Assembly: GCA_038207725.1 (NCBI GenBank)
Contig: JBBQZN010000006.1
Coordinates: 4,824 to 68,823, forward strand
Origin: Bacteroidales bacterium
GTDB lineage: Bacteria; Bacteroidota; Bacteroidia; Bacteroidales; VadinHA17
Direction: 5' to 3'
DNA length: 64,000 nt
Part shown: piece by piece, positions 57,355-64,000 of the stretch
Numbering within the stretch: position 1 is the stretch's first letter
Layout: the number at the start of each line of letters is the position of its first letter
Program-made: the position numbers and the translations under genes
Notes under the pieces: generated by a model
The model's input: only the letters and a program-made list of their open reading frames with translations
Databases searched by the model: none
What the model was told of the DNA's origin: nothing

Positions 57355-58530
57355 ATGGTAGTTACAGGTCTGGAAGCGATCATGGGAAAGTTTCCCGTAT
57401 CATTAAAAGGAAAAAGAATCGGGATTCTATGTCATGCTCCGAGCGTGTCAAGAAATTTTACGCATATTACTGAATTGTTCTTTGAGCGCAGCGACTGCAA
57501 ATTGTCAGCAATATTCGGTCCCCAGCATGGATTATACGGACAGACACAGGACAATATGATTGAATGGAACAGTCAGATGCATCCTGTCTGGAATATTCCG
57601 CTGTATAGTCTATATGGAGAACATCGCAAACCAACAAATGAAATGCTTGCAAATATTGATATGCTGTGTATTGATCTTCAGGATGTTGGCGCACGTTTAT
57701 ATACCTATATCTGGACAGTCAAACTATGCATGGAGGCATGCTCTGAAGCCGGAATCCCAGTATGGATACTTGACAGACCGAATCCGATTGGTTTGATTGG
57801 ATTCGACGGACCTGTACTGAAGAAGGATTTCTTTACTTTTGTTGGCGGGGCCTCAATACCATTATGTCACAGAATGACAATCGGAGAGATGGCAATTTGG
57901 ATAAAAGAGAAACACATCCCTGGATGCAATCTGAATATAGCAAGGCTGGAAAACTGGAGAAGATCATCTCTGTTTAGTGAAACCGGATTGCCATGGGTTC
58001 TTCCGTCTCCAAATATGCCAACGCTTCAGTCTGCAATAGTATATCCCGGAACAGTTTTGACAGAAGCACTTAATCTTTCTGAAGGAAGAGGGACAACAAT
58101 TCCCTTCGAATTATTTGGTGCACCATTTATTAACTCCATAAAACTTAAAAGGAATCTGGACGATCGTTCTATACCCGGATGCGCATTCAGAATCCATGAT
58201 TTCATTCCTACCTTTCACAAGTTCAGCGGTGAACTATGTAAAGGAATTCAAATTCATGTAACAGATATTAAAAAATTCAGGCCGGTATGCACTGCACTTG
58301 AGATATTTGCTGCAATAATTGAAACATCAGAAAATGATGCTCTTAAATTCAATCCTCCACCCTATGAGTATGAATATGATCTTATGCCTTTTGATATTCT
58401 TTCCGGAGATGCTGGTATGAGGGAAACTCTTATAAACAGGCGAAATCTGAATTCAGAAAAAGAAAGATGGGATTATGAAATTTCTATTTTCATGGAAGAG
58501 TTCAACCAGATTGCCTGCTATAAGGATTGA
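57355..58530 (+). CDS. DUF1343 family protein (NamZ-like exo-beta-N-acetylmuramidase)
   Basis: GILCHAPSV, FGPQHG and IDLQDVGARLYTYIWT are characteristic of DUF1343. The ATG at 57355 is preferred over the TTG at 57349. Confidence 0.83.
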   Translation: MVVTGLEAIMGKFPVSLKGKRIGILCHAPSVSRNFTHITELFFERSDCKLSAIFGPQHGLYGQTQDNMIEWNSQMHPVWNIPLYSLYGEHRKPTNEMLANIDMLCIDLQDVGARLYTYIWTVKLCMEACSEAGIPVWILDRPNPIGLIGFDGPVLKKDFFTFVGGASIPLCHRMTIGEMAIWIKEKHIPGCNLNIARLENWRRSSLFSETGLPWVLPSPNMPTLQSAIVYPGTVLTEALNLSEGRGTTIPFELFGAPFINSIKLKRNLDDRSIPGCAFRIHDFIPTFHKFSGELCKGIQIHVTDIKKFRPVCTALEIFAAIIETSENDALKFNPPPYEYEYDLMPFDILSGDAGMRETLINRRNLNSEKERWDYEISIFMEEFNQIACYKD

Positions 58531-58549
58531 ACAATACCTTAAGGTGTAA

Positions 58550-58942
58550 TTAACAGGATCTCCCTTTAAGGTTGAAGATAATTTTATTAATTAAATCTTG
58601 ATGAATAATGGGCTTAATTATATAGTCATTGAACCCTGAAGCTAATATCATCTCTTTATCTCCGAGTAGCCCGTAGGCAGTCTGAGCAATTATAATTACA
58701 TTTTTGCTTATTTCCTTTATTTTAGCGCTAGCAGCATATCCGTCCATAACCGGAAGCTGGATATCCATGAGAACCAGGTCAATATCAGGATTGTTTTTAA
58801 CAACATCAACAGCTGTCAGTCCATCTTCGGCATTATAAAGTATTAAGGCATGTTTCTCCAGAATCCTGTTGAGAAACAAGCGGCTGGCAAAATCATCTTC
58901 AACAATCAGAATTTTCTTTCCTTTCAGATATTCATTTTCCAT
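58550..58942 (-). CDS. stand-alone response-regulator receiver domain (CheY-like)
   Basis: KILIVEDD, the phospho-acceptor region LVLMDIQLPVMDG, and the conserved T (AQTA) and K (IIKP). Confidence 0.85.
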   Translation of the reverse strand: MENEYLKGKKILIVEDDFASRLFLNRILEKHALILYNAEDGLTAVDVVKNNPDIDLVLMDIQLPVMDGYAASAKIKEISKNVIIIAQTAYGLLGDKEMILASGFNDYIIKPIIHQDLINKIIFNLKGRSC

Positions 58943-58953
58943 GAGAAGAATAG

Positions 58954-59337
58954 TTATTCAAAAAGTCCGTCATCTCTAAGTAACAGCAATATTGCAGAAT
59001 GCGGAACGACAACATATTTTTCTTTATTGAATTCAATTTCTATTGCGCTATTCTGCAGATAAACAGCCTGATCCCCCTCCTTAGGCTGTAACGGAACATA
59101 TTTTGGTTCATCAGATCTGTTTTTCCAGGGTTCATCAGTGTCATTTACAGATGGGATGGGATAACCGGGACCAACCTTTACAACATATCCTAAAAGTACC
59201 TTTTCATTTTCATTTACTCCCGGGGGTAAAAGCAGTCCACTTTTCGTCTTTGACTGTGGCAACTTGGGCTTTATAAGAATGCGGTCACCGATTACAATCA
59301 GTTTATGCAGGTCCTTTTCATCTAATAATACACTCAT
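58954..59337 (-). CDS. GroES/Cpn10-like protein with internal insertion
   Basis: GDRILIKPKLPQSKTKSGLLLP resembles the Cpn10 mobile loop, and GYVVKVGPG ... PKEGDQAVY fits the Cpn10 beta-barrel. At 127 aa it is longer than canonical GroES, and no groEL is adjacent. Confidence 0.6.
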   Translation of the reverse strand: MSVLLDEKDLHKLIVIGDRILIKPKLPQSKTKSGLLLPPGVNENEKVLLGYVVKVGPGYPIPSVNDTDEPWKNRSDEPKYVPLQPKEGDQAVYLQNSAIEIEFNKEKYVVVPHSAILLLLRDDGLFE

Positions 59338-59449
59338 TCTGGCAGATCAATTAGGACAAAAGTATCATTTTTTCCAATAAAGAGTAAACAGACTGATAGA
59401 TTTAATTAATATTGTGATGAGGCTGCTGTCAAAATAAGTCTTTACTATA

Positions 59450-60061
59450 ATGGAATCTGACAGTTATTACACAATTAAAAAACCTGCACAGGGTATTTAT
59501 AAGGAAAAAGGAAGCAGATTTCTGGCATTTGCTTTTCCCATAAAAAGCTCAGATGAAGTTAAACCGACTATTGATAAAATACGAAAAGAGCATCACGAAG
59601 CAAGGCATCACTGCTTCGCCTACATGACAGGAAAAGACAGATTGAACTGGAGAGCCAATGATGACGGTGAGCCTTCAGGAACTGCTGGCAGACCCATAAT
59701 GGGGCAAATAAATTCGGCAGGGTTAACAGATATCCTGATTGTTGTAAGCAGGTATTTCGGAGGCACATTATTGGGAGTAAGTGGATTGATAAATGCCTAC
59801 AGATCAGCAGCAGCCGACGCTATTTCAAATTCAGAAGTAATCAAACGTACCCTAAATGAGTACTATGAGATAATGTTTCCATATATTTCCCTGAATGATG
59901 TAATGAAAATACTTAAAGAAGAAGGAGTAGAATTATCTGAGCAGTATTTTGATCTTGAATGTAAGGTATATATCAACTTCAGATTATCTTTAAAAGAGAA
60001 AATATTAAAAAGGCTTGAAAGAGCGGATGGACTAAATTTCAGATATCTAGAAACCCGATAG
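59450..60061 (+). CDS. yigZ: YigZ / IMPACT-family protein
   Basis: KGSRFLAFAFP, HHCFAY, DDGEPSGTAGRPI and VVSRYFGGTLLG are UPF0029 signature motifs. Confidence 0.85.
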   Translation: MESDSYYTIKKPAQGIYKEKGSRFLAFAFPIKSSDEVKPTIDKIRKEHHEARHHCFAYMTGKDRLNWRANDDGEPSGTAGRPIMGQINSAGLTDILIVVSRYFGGTLLGVSGLINAYRSAAADAISNSEVIKRTLNEYYEIMFPYISLNDVMKILKEEGVELSEQYFDLECKVYINFRLSLKEKILKRLERADGLNFRYLETR

Positions 60062-60134
60062 ATACTGTTTTGGGAAGCATACCAGGAAATTTCAGCTAAT
60101 TATCAACATATGCTTAAAAGAGCAAATTCTTCAT

Positions 60135-60142
60135 TAATTTTG
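60135..60142 (+). promoter_or_regulatory. -7 promoter box (TAATTTTG) for pyrBI
   Basis: Exact TAnnTTTG match, 38 nt upstream of the pyrB ATG. Confidence 0.4.
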
Positions 60143-60179
60143 AAAAGAATCCTTTTTGAGAAATTAATTTTCCTGACAG

Positions 60180-61088
60180 ATGAAAAACAGAAGTTTAGTA
60201 TCAATTGATGATTTTTCAACAGAAGAGATCCTCAGGATACTCGATCTGACAACTGAATTTGAGAAACAGCCTATTCAAAAATTGCTGGAAGGTAAAGTTA
60301 TTGCTACCCTCTTCTTTGAACCATCCACACGAACCAGGTTAAGCTTTGAAAGTGCAATCAGCAGGCTGGGCGGCAAGATAATTGGTTTCTCTGATTCATC
60401 CAGTACCAGTGTCTCGAAAGGAGAAACACTTAATGATACAATCCGAACTGTAAATAACTATTGTGATCTGATTGTAATGCGTCATCCTATTGAAGGAAGT
60501 GCAAGATTTGCAAGCGAGATAGCTACGGTTCCAGTCATAAATGCCGGTGATGGTGCAAACCAGCATCCGTCACAAACTTTACTTGATTTGTATTCCATCC
60601 GCAAAACACAGGGCAAACTCGACAATCTCAATATCTTCATGGTTGGCGATTTAAAGTACGGACGAACAGTTCATTCACTGGTCATGGCTATGTCGAGATG
60701 GAATGCGACATTCAATTTTATTTCACCTGAAGAGCTCAGAATGCCTGACGAGTTTAAACTGTATCTTGATAATCTTGGACTTAAATATTACGAACATACT
60801 GACTTTACGGATATAATTTCCAAAGCAGATATAATATATATGACACGTGTTCAGAAGGAAAGATTCTCCGATCCAATTGAATATGAGAAAGTAAAGAATG
60901 TTTACGTTCTACGTAACTCTATGCTCAAAAACACAAAGCCTAATATGAGAATACTTCACCCGCTTCCCCGTGTGAATGAGATTCATCAGGACGTTGATAA
61001 AAACCCTCAGGCTTATTATTTTGAGCAAGCTCTTAACGGAGTATACACACGGCAGGCAATTTTATGTTCATTATTGGGAATAAATTAA
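60180..61088 (+). CDS. pyrB: aspartate carbamoyltransferase catalytic subunit
   Basis: [17 protein letters not shown], and the HPLPR and RVNEI motifs. Confidence 0.95.
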   Translation: MKNRSLVSIDDFSTEEILRILDLTTEFEKQPIQKLLEGKVIATLFFEPSTRTRLSFESAISRLGGKIIGFSDSSSTSVSKGETLNDTIRTVNNYCDLIVMRHPIEGSARFASEIATVPVINAGDGANQHPSQTLLDLYSIRKTQGKLDNLNIFMVGDLKYGRTVHSLVMAMSRWNATFNFISPEELRMPDEFKLYLDNLGLKYYEHTDFTDIISKADIIYMTRVQKERFSDPIEYEKVKNVYVLRNSMLKNTKPNMRILHPLPRVNEIHQDVDKNPQAYYFEQALNGVYTRQAILCSLLGIN

Positions 61089-61100
61089 ATCAGAAAAGCT

Positions 61101-61559
61101 ATGAAGGAACCAAAACAAATGAGCGTAAGCGCCATACAGAACGGTACAGTAATTGACCATGTTCCTGCGAGTAATCTGTTTAAGGTTATTCAGATCCTGG
61201 GACTTGACAGAATCGAAAACCAGATTACTTTCGGCACTAATCTTGAAAGCAAAAAACTAGGCAGGAAAGCAATTATTAAGATATCGGGGCTCTATTTTGA
61301 AAATGAGGATATCAACAGAATTGCCCTGGTAGCACCTGATGCCAAATTGAATATTATAAAGGACTATGAAGTAATTGAAAAGAAGGAGGTAGAAGTTCCT
61401 GATAACATTGTTGGCATAGCGAAATGCATGAATCCCAAATGCATTACAAATTTTGAAACTGTAACAACCAGGTTCAAAGTTGTTTCAAAGAAAAACTTAT
61501 TGTTGAGGTGTCATTATTGTGAGAAAATAACGAATCAGGATAATCTGCATATAATTTAA
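61101..61559 (+). CDS. pyrI: aspartate carbamoyltransferase regulatory subunit
   Basis: IQNGTVIDHV and a C-terminal zinc cluster CMNPKCIT ... CHYCE. It lies immediately downstream of pyrB. Confidence 0.93.
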   Translation: MKEPKQMSVSAIQNGTVIDHVPASNLFKVIQILGLDRIENQITFGTNLESKKLGRKAIIKISGLYFENEDINRIALVAPDAKLNIIKDYEVIEKKEVEVPDNIVGIAKCMNPKCITNFETVTTRFKVVSKKNLLLRCHYCEKITNQDNLHII

Positions 61560-61606
61560 GCCCCCCAACCCCACCCGCCGAAGCTGGAAAACATAAATCA
61601 TTGAAC

Positions 61607-61645
61607 CACAAAGGACCACAAAGTACGTCACAAAGCAACACAAAG
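61607..61645. repeat. four phased CACAAAG heptamers
   Basis: CACAAAG occurs at 61607, 61617, 61629 and 61639, with spacing 10/12/10 nt. The array lies between convergent pyrI and the DUF4293 gene and is flanked by C-rich (61560-61580) and GCCCCCAGTGGGC (61678-61690) segments. Confidence 0.75.
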
Positions 61646-61689
61646 GCAGCAATCAAACAATTTGCAATTTTTCAACAGCCCCCAGTGGG

Positions 61690-62142
61690 CTACCTCAATC
61701 GATCATAGGATTTCACCAGATCATCATCCTTTTTTATACCCCGATATGCCAGGTATCCAAAGATCAGTTGGATTACCGGTAATCCCATTTTAAACCCGGG
61801 GACTAATTCAGCATTGTACTTTCCGATAATAGTGCAGGAGTAAATAACGAGCGCTATAATAAGAACTGATATCAGAGAGAGCAACATCTTGCAAAGAATC
61901 AGCTGGAGACTCCTGTTTTTAAATAAGAAAATAATCAGGGCGGAAAGAACCGGGATAAGAACTATCAGGATCGTAGCCGGTAAAGTTTTTACAAGTGGCT
62001 CTGGCACACCGGAGAGGCCATTTATTGTGAATTTAATAACAGAGCCTGTTTCGTCTGAGAAAGCAAGAATCTCATTTTTAAGGAATAAAAATGATAATAG
62101 AGTTGTCAGAAGCAAGTATACTGATTGAATTCTTTGAATCAT
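61690..62142 (-). CDS. DUF4293-like small multi-pass membrane protein
   Basis: The start MIQRIQSVYLLLTTLL (ATG at 62142; the track start at 62166 is TTG) is followed by four TM helices. Confidence 0.6.
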   Translation of the reverse strand: MIQRIQSVYLLLTTLLSFLFLKNEILAFSDETGSVIKFTINGLSGVPEPLVKTLPATILIVLIPVLSALIIFLFKNRSLQLILCKMLLSLISVLIIALVIYSCTIIGKYNAELVPGFKMGLPVIQLIFGYLAYRGIKKDDDLVKSYDRLR

Positions 62143-62399
62143 AGTGCACAAAATTTTATTGGTCAAATTTACTTTCTTTTAGTTTAAATTAAAACACTCT
62201 TAGTCAATGAATTCATTTTACATTTTTTTAACACTTTTTGGAAAAATGCATTAACCCAAAAACTCAATATTATTATACCTTTGTGAGGTCTAATATATTG
62301 TCATACACAATTCAATATTCAACACTCTGATAATTAATTTATTAAATAATCCTTAAGAAATATATTGTAATACATTTATAAACCCATTATTCTCATAAA

Positions 62400-63506
62400 A
62401 TGAACAAAAGACTTCGCTTTACAATTACAATTATATTGATAGTTTTCCTTGGGGGTATCGTGTTTTATCCTAAATACAAACCTCTTCTTGCAAAGAAGCT
62501 TAAGGTTCCGGGAACAGCCCAGGGGGCAGGTCCCATCAGACAGCAGCAACAAAAGCTTAATGCGGTTGGGTACATTATTGTTCCAACAAGGATGAGTGAG
62601 TTAATAAATTCAATAGGGACACTTCGTCCTGATGAAGAAACTGATCTATCCTTTGAAACAGCTGGTAAGATTGTTAAGATAAATTTTACTGAGGGAACAA
62701 AAGTGAAGCGTGGTGATCTTCTGGCTAAAATAAATGATCGTCCACTCCAGGCTCAACTTGAGAAGCTGTTGGTCCAGTTAAAAATGGCTGAAGCTAAAGA
62801 GTTCAGACAGAGAAGCCTGTTGGACAAAGATGCAATAAGCCAGGAGAGTTATGATCAGATTCATACAGACGTACAATCAATAAAGGCTGATATAAATTTA
62901 ATTAAAGCCCGAATATCAGAAACCGAGCTTCGTGCACCTTTTGATGGCTCTATAGGCTTGAGAGGTCTCAGCGAAGGAGCTTATGTTACAGCAAATACAA
63001 AAATTGCAAAACTGGTAAAGCTGAGCCCTATCAAAATAGATTTTTCAATACCTGAAAAATATGCTTCAGATATAAATATTGGTTACCCGATAACTTTCTC
63101 TATTGTTGGAATTGAATCAGATAAATTGTACAATGCTTCAGTTTATGCATTTGACCCGCGAATAGTTGAGGGCACACGTACAGTTTCACTTCGTGCATTA
63201 TATGATAATAAAAATGAAGAGCTTAAACCGGGCAGATATGCAGGCATAACTTTGGAGTTATCGAAAATAGAAAATGCAATTGCAATTCCAACTGAAGCTT
63301 TAATAGCTGAGATGGAAGGTGAAAAAGTATTCGTTTATAAAGGTGGTAAAGCCAGGTCAGTTAATGTAACAACCGGATTAAGAACTGAATCTTTAATACA
63401 GATAACTAAGGGTCTTAGTTTTGGAGATACTTTGCTTACCACCGGTATTATGCAATTGAGGCAAAATCTTCCAGTTGTTCTTGATACAGTAATTCTTAAC
63501 AAATAA
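62400..63506 (+). CDS. RND efflux periplasmic adaptor (membrane fusion protein)
   Basis: N-terminal anchor, a lipoyl/hairpin region (GKIVKINFTEGTKVKRGDLLAKIND ... ELRAPFDGSIG), and beta-barrel and MP domains. Confidence 0.88.
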   Translation: MNKRLRFTITIILIVFLGGIVFYPKYKPLLAKKLKVPGTAQGAGPIRQQQQKLNAVGYIIVPTRMSELINSIGTLRPDEETDLSFETAGKIVKINFTEGTKVKRGDLLAKINDRPLQAQLEKLLVQLKMAEAKEFRQRSLLDKDAISQESYDQIHTDVQSIKADINLIKARISETELRAPFDGSIGLRGLSEGAYVTANTKIAKLVKLSPIKIDFSIPEKYASDINIGYPITFSIVGIESDKLYNASVYAFDPRIVEGTRTVSLRALYDNKNEELKPGRYAGITLELSKIENAIAIPTEALIAEMEGEKVFVYKGGKARSVNVTTGLRTESLIQITKGLSFGDTLLTTGIMQLRQNLPVVLDTVILNK

Positions 63507-63517
63507 CCGGGTAGAAC

Positions 63518-64000
63518 ATGAGTTTATCATCAGTAAGTATTAACAGACCGGTATTAGCAACAGTATTTGCTATTGTAATACTGCTGTTCGGAGTAGTTGG
63601 TGTAACTTTTCTGGGAATCAGAGAATTCCCGAGTGTCGATCCTCCAATTATAAATGTCAGAACTTCCTACCCTGGTGCCAATTCAGATGTCATAGAGACC
63701 CAGATAACTGAACCACTTGAACAATCTATTAATGGCATACCGGGGATACGTTCCTTAACAAGCGTGAGTCGTCAGGGGGGAAGTGATATAACTGTCGAAT
63801 TTGAACTTTCAGTCGACATGGAGACTGCCGCCAATGATACCAGAGATAAGGTATCACAGGCAATGAGAATGCTACCCAGAGACTGCGATCCGCCTGTTGT
63901 TGCGAAAGCTGATGCTGATGCAAATCCTATTTTGCAGTTTACAATTGAGAGTGCAAAAAGATCTTTGCTGGAACTTTCTGAATTAGCTGATCTGACATTC
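63518..64000 (+). CDS. RND efflux permease (AcrB/HAE1-like), N-terminal fragment running off the window
   Basis: MSLSSVSINRPVLATVFAIVILLFGVVGVTFLGIREFPSVDPPIINVRTSYPGANSDVIETQITEPLEQSINGIPGI is the classic AcrB N-terminus. It starts 12 nt after the MFP gene. Confidence 0.9.
   Translation, partial: MSLSSVSINRPVLATVFAIVILLFGVVGVTFLGIREFPSVDPPIINVRTSYPGANSDVIETQITEPLEQSINGIPGIRSLTSVSRQGGSDITVEFELSVDMETAANDTRDKVSQAMRMLPRDCDPPVVAKADADANPILQFTIESAKRSLLELSELADLTF

Noticed and set aside
61474-61656. 60-aa ORF on the minus strand (MIAAFVLLCDVLCGPLWFNDLCF...)
   Set aside because: It is a read-through of the CACAAAG heptamer array and the C-rich segment, and it overlaps the pyrI 3' end. It is a repeat-derived artefact.

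Overview
AT-rich chromosomal window of Bacteroidota type. The assignment rests on a complete Bat/aerotolerance operon, many TAnnTTTG -7 promoter boxes, a B12-riboswitch-controlled TonB-dependent uptake operon, and many DUF-type envelope genes. I support about 58 CDS, one tRNA-Arg(TCT), one cobalamin riboswitch, several intrinsic terminators and a few short intergenic repeat elements. I see no rRNA, CRISPR array, transposase, integrase or phage genes. Most of the window is housekeeping: moxR-DUF58-batABCDE, btu-like B12 uptake, yidC, pyrG, pyrBI, queE, an RND efflux pump, and envelope peptidases and nucleotidases. The region most worth attention is about 39.9-49.9 kb. It holds a C39-peptidase ABC exporter plus a HlyD adaptor, an ECF sigma factor, and a 1033-aa secreted, membrane-anchored TPR-CHAT protease. 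It also holds an unannotated 44-aa ORF with a textbook double-glycine leader (15-aa Pro-rich core), a single-pass anti-sigma-like TPR protein, and a sensor-less histidine kinase. No peptide-modifying enzyme, immunity gene or cas gene is present. I read this as a candidate peptide-gated, CHAT-protease-dependent sigma/anti-sigma signalling module, which is an inference and not a known system. Secondary observations: two translationally coupled fused LeuC-LeuD-like aconitase-family paralogues under an AraC regulator; a 63-bp duplication of the yidC 3' end flanking a GC-rich mini-element; a recurring family of about 80-bp C-run/G-run elements; and phased CACAAAG heptamers. All functional calls come from motif recognition by eye, since no database search could be run.
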